From: an uncultured delta proteobacterium
GTDB taxonomy: Bacteria; Myxococcota_A; Polyangia; Fen-1088
Assembly: GCA_963796685.1 (NCBI GenBank)
Contig: CAWCMR010000008.1
Span: forward strand, 96,001 to 160,000
Direction of reading: 5' to 3'
DNA length: 64,000 bases
Part shown: positions 1-9,909 of the stretch, piece by piece
Position numbering within the stretch: position 1 is the first letter of the stretch
Layout: each line of letters starts with the position of its first letter
The notes under the pieces: model-generated
Told to the model about the DNA's origin: nothing
Seen by the model: only the letters and a program-made list of their open reading frames with translations
Databases searched by the model: none
Translations under genes and position numbers: made by a program

Positions 1-2
1 TG

Positions 3-248
3 CCCAGCAGCACCGTGGAGGCCGCCGCCCACCACCATGAGTACAAGCTCGGGGGCCATCGCTTCTCCGCCAATCTGGTCGCTGCGGCCGACACTTTCGC
101 GGACATCCTGGGCATCGGCGTGGCCAACAAGCGCGTCTGCGATCCGGCCGAAGCCGTATTCAAGGATCTCGGCCTCAATGCCGAGCAGGTGACCGCAACC
201 CTGGTCCAATTCGGCAAGCTGCTTCCGTCGGTGAGGATCTTCAAGTAG
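3..248 (+). CDS. HDOD-domain protein, C-terminal fragment (truncated by window edge)
   Basis: Frame open from position 3: PSSTVEAAAHHHE...LVAAADTFA resembles the end of an HDOD/HD domain. Confidence 0.55.
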   Translation, partial: PSSTVEAAAHHHEYKLGGHRFSANLVAAADTFADILGIGVANKRVCDPAEAVFKDLGLNAEQVTATLVQFGKLLPSVRIFK

Positions 249-373
249 CCCGCGCCCACTCGCCCTCTTGTCGCGTGCGGCAAGGTGTGCGCGAAGGAAG
301 GGCCGGCGAAAAGGGACGAGCCGAAGATGGAATTGGGTTGCACTCGCCCGAATGCCATCGGACACTTCGTGCC

Positions 374-667
374 ATGGAAGACACATCCGAGGTGGCTCAC
401 GAGGGGGCGAGATTTTTCGACGGGAAGGAACGCGACCTCGGGTGGGCGGCGAAGGTGGCCAAGAGGGCCCCAACGCTGGGCGGCCTGACCGTTCTCGACA
501 TCAGCGCGGCCGACCCCTCGCTGGCCACCTTCCTGCGGTCGCTCGACAAGAGTCGATTGTTCGTTCGGCCGAGCGATGCCCTCGGAGAGTCGTTCGTCTT
601 CGCCTGGGCTTCGGGCTACGCCAACGGCCTCAACATCCGCGTTCAAGGCGTGCTCGAAGGAAAGTGA
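374..667 (+). CDS. hypothetical protein (97 aa)
   Basis: ATG 374 preceded by TTGCAC-N17-GACACT (338-366); GC3-biased codons; no recognised motif. Confidence 0.55.
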   Translation: MEDTSEVAHEGARFFDGKERDLGWAAKVAKRAPTLGGLTVLDISAADPSLATFLRSLDKSRLFVRPSDALGESFVFAWASGYANGLNIRVQGVLEGK

Positions 668-711
668 CGGAGCCGTCGCGCTGTCATCGCGGCAGGGGCT
701 CGCGCGCGGAC

Positions 712-1419
712 CTACTCGTCGTCTTCCATTTCCTCGCGCAACTTCTTGAGCGCGTCGCCATGCAACTGGCACACGCGCGGCTCGCTGACCTGCAGAAGCT
801 TGGCGATTTCCCGGTAGGTGAGATCTTCGTCGTAGTGCAAGGCCAGCACCATGCGCAGGCGCTCGGGCAAGGCCTCGAGCGCTCGGGTCAGGCGCCTGAC
901 GGTCTCGGCACGTTCCAGGTTGGCATCCGAGTCGTCCGCGCTGGTCACGCGATGGAGGACCGAATCGAGCGGCAGGTGAGGCTCCATCAAGGCCGCGATA
1001 CCCGCCACCTCGTCGAGGTCCAGGTCGAGCTCCTTGGCGATCTCCTCCACCGTCGCCTCGCGTCCGACCTCCTCCTCGATCTTGCGCTTGGCTTTGGCCA
1101 TGTCGTCGGTGCGATTGCGCAGCCTGCGCGGCAAGTGGTCCATGCTGCGTAGCTCGTCGAGCATCGCGCCCCGCACGCGGTGCTCGGCGAAGGTGGCGAA
1201 CGTCGCGCCCTTGGCCGGATCGTAGCGGCGGGCGGCCTCCAGCAGGGCCAAAGCGCCCGCCGACCACAAATCGTCGTACGCGCTCTGCATGCCCGTCCGC
1301 CACACCAGACGCCGCGCGATTCGCTCGACCAGCTGTTGGTATTTCTCCAGCAGAGCGGCCTCGTCCGAGGGCGCGGGGGCGGTGGTGGTATAGGTGGCAA
1401 TGGCCCTGTGCATAATCAT
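712..1419 (-). CDS. fliA: RNA polymerase sigma-28 factor FliA
   Basis: DDLWSAGALALLEAARRYDP, F.TFAEHRVRGAMLDELRSMD.LPR, LTYREIAKLLQVSEPRVCQLH; follows flhG. Start at 1419 or 1413. Confidence 0.93.
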   Translation of the reverse strand: MIMHRAIATYTTTAPAPSDEAALLEKYQQLVERIARRLVWRTGMQSAYDDLWSAGALALLEAARRYDPAKGATFATFAEHRVRGAMLDELRSMDHLPRRLRNRTDDMAKAKRKIEEEVGREATVEEIAKELDLDLDEVAGIAALMEPHLPLDSVLHRVTSADDSDANLERAETVRRLTRALEALPERLRMVLALHYDEDLTYREIAKLLQVSEPRVCQLHGDALKKLREEMEDDE

Positions 1420-1424
1420 GCGAG

Positions 1425-2306
1425 CTACCGAGGCACCGAGGCCTCCCTGAAGAGTCGGTGCCACATCAGTTTCATCCCGCCGTCGACCATCGGCGGCGGT
1501 GCGGTGTTGAACAGCCGATCCGCAATCAAAGTGAGCGCGCGGCTGGCCGGCGCCATGGCGAACAGATCGGTGATCGGCTTCTGCGCCATCACCGCCCGGT
1601 GCACGTTCTCGTCGCGGGTGACGTAGCCCAGGTGGCGAATGCGCACGCTCAGGAATCGGTCGGCCAGGCCCACCAACTTCTGGAACACGTCACGCGCGGC
1701 CAACTCGTCGACCACCGAATTCACCACCACGCCGAAATCCTTGATCCCGACCTGCTGCGACAGCACCTTCACTGCGGCGTAGGCGTCCACCAGCGAGGTC
1801 GGCTCGGGCGTGACCACCAGGACGATCTCCTGGGCCACGCCGACGAAAAACAGAACATTGTCGCCAATACCGGCCCCCGAATCGATGAGCACCAGATCGA
1901 AGCGCTCGGCCAGACCATCGAGGGTGGAAATGAGGCGCAGCTTTTCGTCCTCGCCGAGCTGGGTCAGCTCTTGAATGCCGGAAGCCGCGGGGAGGATGTG
2001 GATGCCGGGCCGCACCTCGATGAGCACGTCGCTCGGGGACACCTCGGGATTGAGCAAGTCCCCCACGTGCCGCTTGGGCTTCACCCCGAAGACGATCTCC
2101 ACGTTGGCCAAACCCAGATCGGCATCGATGACGAGCACGCGCTTGCCGCGCTTGGCGCCGAGCACGGCCAAGTTGGCGGTGAGCATGGTCTTGCCCACCC
2201 CGCCCTTGCCGCTGGTCACGGCCATCACGCGCAGGGGTTCTTGCGGCACCGTCCCGACGGGCTTGCCGCCGGCTACGCGCAGTCTGAGATTCTCCGCCTG
2301 GTCCAA
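1425..2306 (-). CDS. flhG: flagellar number regulator ATPase FlhG/FleN
   Basis: MDQAENLR N-terminus (TTG start, GGAGG at 2313-2317), SGKGGVGKT, IDADLGLAN, PEPTSLVDAYA. Confidence 0.93.
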   Translation of the reverse strand: MDQAENLRLRVAGGKPVGTVPQEPLRVMAVTSGKGGVGKTMLTANLAVLGAKRGKRVLVIDADLGLANVEIVFGVKPKRHVGDLLNPEVSPSDVLIEVRPGIHILPAASGIQELTQLGEDEKLRLISTLDGLAERFDLVLIDSGAGIGDNVLFFVGVAQEIVLVVTPEPTSLVDAYAAVKVLSQQVGIKDFGVVVNSVVDELAARDVFQKLVGLADRFLSVRIRHLGYVTRDENVHRAVMAQKPITDLFAMAPASRALTLIADRLFNTAPPPMVDGGMKLMWHRLFREASVPR

Positions 2307-2308
2307 GC

Positions 2309-3391
2309 TCAACCTCCGTTGCCCAGCACGCGGTCGACCAGGCTTTGCCCGCTGGCGGGATGGATATCTTCCGGGACCCGCTGCCCGTCGGTGATGCAGG
2401 AAATCGCCAGGTTGGTTTCCGTGGCGGCCGAGAGAATCGAGCCCGGTCCGTCGGTTTCGTCGAGCTTGGAAAAGATGAGCCGTTGGGCCTTGTAGGCGCA
2501 AAAGCGCTTGGCCGCGGCGCGAATCTCCCGTGCGCCACTCGCCGCGGAAAGGACCAGATGGCACTCGATGCCTTCCACCTTGTGCAGGAGCTGGGCTTGC
2601 GCTGCCAGCGCCGCGGCGTCCGAGCGGCCGGCGCTGTCGATGAGCACCAGATGCGCGTCTCCCGAGCGAAAGATTGCCTCGCGCAAGCTTGCTTCGTCGC
2701 GCGCAACATGGGTCGGTACGTTCATGATTTCGCCGTAACGCTGAATGTGTTCGCTGGCACCTATGCGATAAGTGTCGACGGTCACGAGCGATACCTTGAG
2801 CCGCGAGTCGAGGATGGCGTGGGCCGCGATCTTGGCGATCGTGGTGGTCTTCCCCACGCCGGTCGGCCCCACCAGCGCCACCAATCGTCTGTCCTCGCCT
2901 TCCCACGGACACCGGCCGGACGAGAGCCTCGAGCGCAAGGCCTGGCGCAGCGCCACCGCGACGTCCTTGTCGCCGGCCCCCCCCGAGCCGCGCATGGCCT
3001 CGCGCGCGATTTCGCCCGCCAGCGCCGACTCGACTCCCCGTTCAATCAAACGTTGCTGAATCCGACCCACCGGCGCTGGCGTGTCGGTTCGCGGCTCTCG
3101 CGGTTGCATGGACTTGGGCTCGGCACGGTTGCCCTGTATCTCCGCCCGCAGATCCTCGACGATGCGGCGCAAAGCCGCCACTTCCGTCTCCACGTCCATC
3201 GGCCGCCGTTTCTTGGTCTGGGGAGCCTCCTCGCCCGACTTCACGGCCGTGATCTCGATCTCGCGCTTACCCCACAGCCCGCCGACCTCGCGCGTGTTGA
3301 GAATGATGGCCTCTTCGCCAAGCGAAGCCTTGACGGCATCGAGGGCTGATTTGGGATCCCTTCCGCGGAAGGTCTTGACGATGGCGTTCAT
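2309..3391 (-). CDS. flhF: flagellar SRP-type GTPase FlhF
   Basis: VKTFRG..ALDAVKASLGEEAIIL, GPTGVGKTTTIAKIAA, DTYRIGA, DSAGRS, SKLDET, TDGQRVPEDI. Confidence 0.95.
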   Translation of the reverse strand: MNAIVKTFRGRDPKSALDAVKASLGEEAIILNTREVGGLWGKREIEITAVKSGEEAPQTKKRRPMDVETEVAALRRIVEDLRAEIQGNRAEPKSMQPREPRTDTPAPVGRIQQRLIERGVESALAGEIAREAMRGSGGAGDKDVAVALRQALRSRLSSGRCPWEGEDRRLVALVGPTGVGKTTTIAKIAAHAILDSRLKVSLVTVDTYRIGASEHIQRYGEIMNVPTHVARDEASLREAIFRSGDAHLVLIDSAGRSDAAALAAQAQLLHKVEGIECHLVLSAASGAREIRAAAKRFCAYKAQRLIFSKLDETDGPGSILSAATETNLAISCITDGQRVPEDIHPASGQSLVDRVLGNGG

Positions 3392-3419
3392 GCATCTTCT
3401 CCGTTCGGTGTGGTGGGCA

Positions 3420-5522
3420 TCAGGCGGCCTTGGTCCAAGACGTGGGGTTCAAATCGATGGTGCCGGCGGGCTCGACCTGCGTGCCGGACACCAGCTCGCG
3501 CGCGGTCACGACCCACAGATCGGGGATGAAACGCGAGGCGAAGTCGTAGATGGGGCGGCGCAAGTCGGGCGACGTGACCAACGTCGTAGGACGACCGCTG
3601 GCGGCGAAATTTGCCGCGTGCGCCTCGAGATTCGAGATGAAGCGTTTGGCGGTGGCCACGTCGGGCGCCAGCGTGGCCTCGCCTTCGCTTTGCCCGAGCG
3701 ACTTGCGCAGAAGCTCTTCCGTGTTGCGGTCGAGGGTCAAGGCGTGCACCACACCCTTGGCGTCGGACACGCGCGAAGTGATCTGACGGGCCAGGCGGCG
3801 GCGGACTTGCTCGACCAGGAATCCCGTGTCCTTGCTGCGCGGAGCCGCATCGCCCACGCCTTCCAAGATGCTGCGGAAGTCGCGAATCGACAGGCCTTCC
3901 TTGAGCACGAGCCGCACGACGCGCACGAGCTCGCCAAGGGAGATCGTCCCCGGCACCACGTCTTCGACGACCTTGGGGGCTTCCTTGCCGACGTGGGCAA
4001 GCAGCTCCTGGATTTCTTGCCGGCCGACGAGCTCGTGGGCGTTGCGCCGCAACACCTCGCACAGGTGCGTGGTCATGACCGATGCCGTATCCACCACGGT
4101 CAGCCCCGCGCGTTCGGCGCGCGAGCGCTCGCCCGGGGTGATCCACAGCGCGGGCAAGCCGAACGCGGGCTCCTTCGCGGACAGGGCATCGGCGCCGTCC
4201 AGGCGTGGCGTTGCGCCCGCCGGATCCAGCGCCATCACGCGGTCGACGTAGGCGACCCCTGCGGCGAGATCCAGCCCGCGCAGCTTGATGCGGTACTCGT
4301 TGGCATCGAGGCGCAGGTTGTCGCGCAAGTGGACCGCCGGGATGACCAGGCCAAGCTCGCCCGCGATCTGCTTGCGCAGGGCCGTCACACGACCCGGCAA
4401 CTCGCCGCCGCGTTCGAGATCGATGATGGACAGCAGACCGTGCCCGACCTCGAGCTCGAGGGTGTCGAGATCGATGAGCGAGCCCAGGGTTTCTTGCTTG
4501 GGGGATGCCGCGGCGGCCGCTTGCGCTTCCGCGCTGGGCACGGGCTTACGCGGCTGGCGCCGCGACAGCACGAGTGCCAGACCAGCCAAGGTCAGGAAGG
4601 TAATCATCGGCATGCCCGGCAGAAGACCGATGCCGGAAAGGACGAAAGCCGCATGTCGGAGTGTGTGCTTCTGGCCGAACATCTGCGCGCCCAGCTCGGC
4701 GCCGAGCTTTGCCCCCGAGCTGGCGCGCGTGACGACGATGCCGGCGGCGGTGGAGACCAGCAGCGCAGGGATCTGGCTGACCAGGCCGTCGCCGACGGTC
4801 AGGATGGTGAAGGTCTCGACCGCGCTCGCCAGGGACATGTGGTCGCGCCCGAGGCCAGCGATGAGGCCGCCCACGATGTTGATGCAGGTGATGACAAGCC
4901 CGGCGATGGCGTCGCCGCGCACGAACTTGCTGGCGCCGTCCATGGCGCCGAAGAACTCGATCTCTTGCTCCAGGGACGAGCGGCGTCTACGCGCCTCGGT
5001 GTCGTCGATGATGCCGGCGGCCAGATCGGCGTCGATGGACATCTGCTTGCCCGGCAAGGCGTCCAAGGTGAAGCGCGCGGCGACTTCCGCGATGCGGCCC
5101 GAACCCTGGGTGATGACCGCGAAGTTGACCACCAAGAGGATGAGAAAGACCACCGCCCCGACGATGAGGCTGCCGCCGACCGCGAATTGTCCGAAGGTCT
5201 GGATGATGTGGCCGGCGGCGCCGGTGCCCGCGGCACCTTCCAGGAGAATCAGGCGCGTGGTGGCCACGTTGAGCCCCAACCGAAACAAGGTCACGATGAG
5301 CAGCAGCGAGGGAAATACGGAAAAGTCGAGCGGGCGGGCGACGTTGAGGGAGACCAGCAGCACCAGCAGCGAAATGCCAATGCTCATGGCCAGCAGCACA
5401 TCGAGGGCGAAGGCCGGTAGCGGCATGACCAGGATGGCGACCACGCCGAGCACCGCGGTGGCCAGGATGACCTCGCTGCGCGAGCGCGGATCCTTTCCGG
5501 CCAAGAGCGGCTTCGCGCTCAT
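3420..5522 (-). CDS. flhA: flagellar export apparatus protein FlhA
   Basis: FPSLLLIVTLFRLGLNVATTRLIL, RIAEVAARFTLDALPGKQMSIDADL, FFGAMDGASKFVRGDA. Confidence 0.97.
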   Translation of the reverse strand: MSAKPLLAGKDPRSRSEVILATAVLGVVAILVMPLPAFALDVLLAMSIGISLLVLLVSLNVARPLDFSVFPSLLLIVTLFRLGLNVATTRLILLEGAAGTGAAGHIIQTFGQFAVGGSLIVGAVVFLILLVVNFAVITQGSGRIAEVAARFTLDALPGKQMSIDADLAAGIIDDTEARRRRSSLEQEIEFFGAMDGASKFVRGDAIAGLVITCINIVGGLIAGLGRDHMSLASAVETFTILTVGDGLVSQIPALLVSTAAGIVVTRASSGAKLGAELGAQMFGQKHTLRHAAFVLSGIGLLPGMPMITFLTLAGLALVLSRRQPRKPVPSAEAQAAAAASPKQETLGSLIDLDTLELEVGHGLLSIIDLERGGELPGRVTALRKQIAGELGLVIPAVHLRDNLRLDANEYRIKLRGLDLAAGVAYVDRVMALDPAGATPRLDGADALSAKEPAFGLPALWITPGERSRAERAGLTVVDTASVMTTHLCEVLRRNAHELVGRQEIQELLAHVGKEAPKVVEDVVPGTISLGELVRVVRLVLKEGLSIRDFRSILEGVGDAAPRSKDTGFLVEQVRRRLARQITSRVSDAKGVVHALTLDRNTEELLRKSLGQSEGEATLAPDVATAKRFISNLEAHAANFAASGRPTTLVTSPDLRRPIYDFASRFIPDLWVVTARELVSGTQVEPAGTIDLNPTSWTKAA

Positions 5523-6595
5523 CGCGCCCCCCCTGCAGCCCGCAGCGGGCTACGACCGAGCACGCGGTAGACGTAGGCCAGAATCGCGGCCACGGCCTTG
5601 AAGGTCTCCATGGGGACGCAACGACCGACCTTCACGCGCCGGTAGAGCAGGCGCGCGAGTGGAATGTCCTCGACGATGGGAATGCCGTGCTCGCGCGCCA
5701 GGTCGCGCATGATCTCGGCCAATTGGCCTTTGCCCTTGGCGGTCACGCGCGGGGCCTGATCCTCGCCCGGTCGGTAGCGAATGGCGATCGCGATGTGGGT
5801 CGGGTTCACGACCAGGGCGTCCGCGCGAGGCACCTCGACCTTGACGAGCCCCTTGGCCAGCTCGCGGTGCTTGCGGCGACGGCGCGCGCGAATCATCGGA
5901 TCGCCCGATTCTTCGCGATGGTCCCGCTTGGCCTCGTCCTTACTCATCTTCATCCGCTGCTGATACCGGTACCGCGTCAGTGCAAAGTCCACGCCGGCCA
6001 GCACGGCCACGGTCGTCAGGATCTTGGCCAGGCCGGCCGCCAGCGGGTGGTAGGTCGCCTCGACCTGCATGGCCGGCGACATAAACAGCATGCGCGGCAG
6101 CGACAGGAACGTGGCACCGAAGGCGCTCCACAGCGCCCAACCGAGTGTCAGCACCTTGACGAGGGCGACGCCCAAGTCGATGAACATGTCCTTCTTGAAC
6201 AGGCGCTTGAGCCGCCCGGCGGAGAACACGCGCGTGAAGTCGGGAAAGGTCAGCTCCGGCCAGAGGCCAAGCCTGGTCTGCGTTCCAAAGGCGAGGACCA
6301 CCGCCATGGCCACTGCCGTGGGCACGATCAGGGTGATGAGAGTCGGCCGTGAGAGGTAGGGAACCAGGCGATCCGCCGACGGATTTCCCAGCCCTTCCGC
6401 CGAGGCGTGCACCAGATTGGTAAGCGCGTCCTGCAGACCCCTGCCCACCAGGGTCAAGACCGCTCCCCCTGCCCCGAGCGTGGCCAGCATGCCCACGTCG
6501 CGGGACACGGCGATATCGCCATTCTCGTGCGCCGCCTGCAAGCGACGTTCACTCGCGCGTTCTGTCTTCTCGTCTTGTTCGGTGTCGTCTGACAT
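5519..6595 (-). CDS. flhB: flagellar export switch protein FlhB
   Basis: EKTERAS, MKMSKDEAKRDHREESGDP, autocleavage motif NPTH, PIVEDIPLAR. Confidence 0.96.
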   Translation of the reverse strand: MSDDTEQDEKTERASERRLQAAHENGDIAVSRDVGMLATLGAGGAVLTLVGRGLQDALTNLVHASAEGLGNPSADRLVPYLSRPTLITLIVPTAVAMAVVLAFGTQTRLGLWPELTFPDFTRVFSAGRLKRLFKKDMFIDLGVALVKVLTLGWALWSAFGATFLSLPRMLFMSPAMQVEATYHPLAAGLAKILTTVAVLAGVDFALTRYRYQQRMKMSKDEAKRDHREESGDPMIRARRRRKHRELAKGLVKVEVPRADALVVNPTHIAIAIRYRPGEDQAPRVTAKGKGQLAEIMRDLAREHGIPIVEDIPLARLLYRRVKVGRCVPMETFKAVAAILAYVYRVLGRSPLRAAGGAR

Positions 6596-6613
6596 GAGGG
6601 CAGGCCTTGATGC

Positions 6614-7366
6614 CTACCTTCCTGCAAAGGCCGTGCGCGCCGCCTCCGCCGCCAGAACCGCGGCGCTTGGTGCCACCAGATAAAAGGCGCCACACCCGGC
6701 CACCAACGCGATGGTGAAGCCGATGTTGGCCAGGTTGAATTGGGGAGCAGCGCGGTTGATGAGCCCGAGCCCGAGGTGGCCGAGGGTCACCGCGGCCAGG
6801 ACGGGAAAGGCCAGGCGAACCGACAGCGCGAACGATGCCGCGCCGTCGGCGATCACGCGGTTCGCGATGGTGGCAACCGAAAAGTCCGAGCCCGGCGGGG
6901 TTTCCTGCACGGAACGGCACAGCCACACCACGGCGTCGCGGTGCAAACCCATGCCCAACGCCACGGCCATGGTCAGGAACGAGAGCAGATCGCCGATGGC
7001 GGTGCTCTCGGCCCCGTGCAGAGGATCGATGACATTGCCGAAGCTGACACCCGCGGCGATGGCGATGGCGCTGCCCGCCGCCAGCGACGCTTCGATGGCA
7101 AAGCGCGCGGCCAGCCCGGCCCCCACCCCCATGATGACTTCCATCGCCACGGCCGGGATCAGCTGCGCCGTTCGATCCCAGCCCGCAAACACCGGTGAGC
7201 CGGCGCCGAGGAAGACGGCCACAGCGATGGGTACGGAGAATCCCATGCGGACCAGCGCCGGGATGGTTTTGGTGCTGAAGATCGGCGCCACCATGAAGAG
7301 GCTCGTGCAGCGGACCAGCACCAGGAAGAATCCGACCGCCAGCGGTTGCAGCAAGGGGGCCAGCAT
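6614..7366 (-). CDS. fliR: flagellar biosynthesis protein FliR
   Basis: FFLVLVRCTSLFMVAPIFS, EVIMG, GLINRAAPQFN; lies between fliQ and flhB. Confidence 0.92.
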   Translation of the reverse strand: MLAPLLQPLAVGFFLVLVRCTSLFMVAPIFSTKTIPALVRMGFSVPIAVAVFLGAGSPVFAGWDRTAQLIPAVAMEVIMGVGAGLAARFAIEASLAAGSAIAIAAGVSFGNVIDPLHGAESTAIGDLLSFLTMAVALGMGLHRDAVVWLCRSVQETPPGSDFSVATIANRVIADGAASFALSVRLAFPVLAAVTLGHLGLGLINRAAPQFNLANIGFTIALVAGCGAFYLVAPSAAVLAAEAARTAFAGR

Positions 7367-7370
7367 TCCC

Positions 7371-7637
7371 TCACGAGTGTCCCGACATGCCCCGGATCGC
7401 GGCGGCAAGGTAGTGCGATAGCCGCTCCAGTACCCAGGGACCGGTGAAGTACGCAATGAGCAGCCCGGTGACCAGTCGGGGAAGAAACCCGACCGCAGGA
7501 TCGTTGATCTGCGTGGCCGCCTGCAAGAGCCCCACCAGCAGACCGACCACCAGCAGCCCAATCACGAACGGCCCTCCCACCGCGGCCAGCACGCCGAAGC
7601 CTTCACGCATGAGGCTGGAGGGCAAATCGGTGGACAT
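7371..7637 (-). CDS. fliQ: flagellar biosynthesis protein FliQ
   Basis: VGLLVGLLQAATQINDPAVGFLPRL, 88 aa. Confidence 0.93.
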   Translation of the reverse strand: MSTDLPSSLMREGFGVLAAVGGPFVIGLLVVGLLVGLLQAATQINDPAVGFLPRLVTGLLIAYFTGPWVLERLSHYLAAAIRGMSGHS

Positions 7638-8323
7638 CAGAAACTCCGCACCAGCGACGACACGACCAGGTGCCAACCGCCGGCGAGCAGAAACACCCCG
7701 AGCTTGAGCGGCATGGCGATCAGGGTTGGCGGCACCATCATCATCCCGAGCGACATCATGATGACCGACACCAGGAGGTCGATGAGCACCATGGGGATGA
7801 ACAGGTAAAGCCCCATGCGAAACGCGGTGCCCAGCTCGGAAATCATGAACGACGGCACGAGCACGGTGAAGGGAACGGCCTCCCCGCGCGCCGGACGAGG
7901 CGCGTTCGACACCTCGAAGAACAGACGCAAGTCGTCTTCCTTGGTTTGCTTGAGCATCCATTCGGACAGCGGCGCCTGCGCGCGGTCCAGGGCTTCACCG
8001 ACGGAGATCTTGTCCTCCATGAGCGGCGCCAGGGCCTGTTCCTGAATCTTGTGCACCGTGGGCGCCATGATGAACAGGGTCATGAAGAGCGACAGTCCGA
8101 TGAGGATTTGGTTGGGTGGCAGTTGCGGCGTGCCCAAGGCCTGCCGAAGAAACGAGAACACGATGATGATGCGGGTGAACGAGGTGACCGACAGGATGAT
8201 GGCGGTGCCGAACGACAGCGCAGTCAGGACCAGGAACAGCTTGACCGCGGTCGACCCGTTGCCAGCCACGGTTTGCAGGCTGGTGTTGGCGAGATTGGCC
8301 AGGGATGGTGCGGCGGCGGGCAT
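7637..8323 (-). CDS. fliP: flagellar biosynthesis protein FliP
   Basis: TSFTRIIIVFSFLRQALGTPQLPPNQIL, PSFMISEL, LMSLGMMMVPP-type motif, PLKL. Confidence 0.95.
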   Translation of the reverse strand: MPAAAPSLANLANTSLQTVAGNGSTAVKLFLVLTALSFGTAIILSVTSFTRIIIVFSFLRQALGTPQLPPNQILIGLSLFMTLFIMAPTVHKIQEQALAPLMEDKISVGEALDRAQAPLSEWMLKQTKEDDLRLFFEVSNAPRPARGEAVPFTVLVPSFMISELGTAFRMGLYLFIPMVLIDLLVSVIMMSLGMMMVPPTLIAMPLKLGVFLLAGGWHLVVSSLVRSF

Positions 8324-8325
8324 GT

Positions 8326-9579
8326 CTACGCGACCCGTCCCGCCTCGCCGAGCGACAACTTGCGACGCAGCTCCTGGTCTTCCAGGCTCTCGGCCAAAAG
8401 CTGGTCGAATTCATGTCCACGCCGAGCCGACTCGGAGGGCGTGGTCCCCCGCTGGAAAAGGCGACCGAGCAGCGACCCCTCGTGCCTGGCGTCGTCGGCC
8501 GCGTCCGCGCGAGCCTCGGTATGATTGGTCACCATTCCGCGCAGGCCCAGCGCCGCTTCCTCGAAATTCGAGGGCTGCCCCCTCTCCGGCATGGCAGGGA
8601 CGCCCGGAGGACCGGCTTGCGCGTCGAGCAGAGACACGCCCGCCTCGCTCACGCCGAGCACCATGGTGCGGCCGCCTATGCAGGCCACGACCAACGAGCG
8701 ACGCGGCCCGATCGACGCGGTTTCGACGATGCGGATCATGCGCACGCGCGTGGACCGGCGGCGCGCGAAGAGCACGGCCGCCACCCCCAGCCCGGCAAGA
8801 AGGGCAACCGCCAGCAAGACCGAGGGCGCACCCGAGGTGGGCTTGCCCTGGCTGCCCGAATTGCCGGACGACGATGGGCCGGACGATTCGGTAGAAGCGA
8901 CGGCCGCGATGGGAGCGTCGGGCTGGGTGGTCGGTGCCAGGGGCGCGGCCTTGGCCGACGCCGCAGCCAGCGGGCCCGCGTTCGCCGGTGCTGGCCCTGT
9001 GGCGGTCCCCGTCGCATCGCCACCGGAACCCTTCTGGCCCGCGGAATCGACCGCCGTGCCGTCGGCCTCCTTTTCCGAGTCCGAGGCCCCCGCCGGCAGC
9101 GACAGCACCGCCCGCAAGGAATCGGCCCGGGCTCGACCACGCCCGAGCGCGGCCGACGGCGCATCCGGCGAAGGTTCCTCCGTTTCGGCCTTGCCCGGCA
9201 AACGAACCGGAGGGGGAATCATGGCGGCGATCGTCCTACTGCCGCGACATATCGCCCGCACGCGAACCCCCGCTGACGTGGACTCTACGGACATGGGCTC
9301 CGCGCAGCGTCCATCCGTCGGAATCTCCAATTTCGTGTAGCGCGCCCTTGGATGGACCACGATGGCTTCCGGGCCGCTGCCGAACGACTTCCGGCTGGCC
9401 GAGGTTCCTTGCACGTAGACGAACATGCGCCGCGAGCCGCCGGACACGCCGCGCACATCCGCGCGGGCAACCGGCTCGGAGGTGGCGACATCCACGGTTA
9501 GGACATCGCCTGAGCTCTCGCTCCTGACATCGTTGATGAGGACCGCAACCAAAGGCAAGCAGGCAAGATGAAGAAACAT
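8326..9579 (-). CDS. fliO: FliO-family protein with long N-terminal extension
   Basis: TM followed by IRIVETASIGPRRSLVVACIGGRTMVLGVSEAGVSLL (FliO core); between fliN and fliP. Confidence 0.8.
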   Translation of the reverse strand: MFLHLACLPLVAVLINDVRSESSGDVLTVDVATSEPVARADVRGVSGGSRRMFVYVQGTSASRKSFGSGPEAIVVHPRARYTKLEIPTDGRCAEPMSVESTSAGVRVRAICRGSRTIAAMIPPPVRLPGKAETEEPSPDAPSAALGRGRARADSLRAVLSLPAGASDSEKEADGTAVDSAGQKGSGGDATGTATGPAPANAGPLAAASAKAAPLAPTTQPDAPIAAVASTESSGPSSSGNSGSQGKPTSGAPSVLLAVALLAGLGVAAVLFARRRSTRVRMIRIVETASIGPRRSLVVACIGGRTMVLGVSEAGVSLLDAQAGPPGVPAMPERGQPSNFEEAALGLRGMVTNHTEARADAADDARHEGSLLGRLFQRGTTPSESARRGHEFDQLLAESLEDQELRRKLSLGEAGRVA

Positions 9580-9591
9580 GGGAACCTCCGC

Positions 9592-9894
9592 TTAGCGCAA
9601 CCGCGCGATTCGTTCGGACGGGCTGACGATGTCGGTGATACGCACGCCGAACTTGTCGTTGACGACGACGGCTTCGCCACGTGCGACCAGACGGCCGTTG
9701 ACCATGAAATCGAGTGGCTCGCCCGCGATCTTGTCCAGCTCGATGACCGATCCCGGGCTCATGTTGAGCAGATCCTGAATGGACATGCGGGCGCGCCCCA
9801 GCTCGACCGAAAGATCGAGGGGGACGTCGAGCAGCAGGTCCAGCTTTCTCGGGGATGCCGATTCGCCACTCGTGCCAAGATTCTCGTCTGCCAT
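9592..9894 (-). CDS. fliN: flagellar motor switch protein FliN
   Basis: LDLLLDVPLDLSVELGR, GSVIELDKIAGEPLD, GEAVVVNDKFGVRITDI. Confidence 0.96.
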   Translation of the reverse strand: MADENLGTSGESASPRKLDLLLDVPLDLSVELGRARMSIQDLLNMSPGSVIELDKIAGEPLDFMVNGRLVARGEAVVVNDKFGVRITDIVSPSERIARLR

Positions 9895-9909
9895 GGATTT
9901 CCTCGTCGA

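Noticed and set aside
328-342. sigma54-like TGGAATTGGGTTGCA
   Set aside because: GG-to-GC spacing is one base short; a sigma70-like reading fits better.
3081-5420. Long antisense ORFs (e.g. 3081-5420, 9568-11256, 20791-22164, 42122-43903)
   Set aside because: Shadow frames of well-supported genes in high-GC DNA; no motifs.
3420-9894. Non-flagellar type III secretion system
   Set aside because: fliL, fliM, fliO, flhF, flhG and fliA in the same operon mark it as flagellar.
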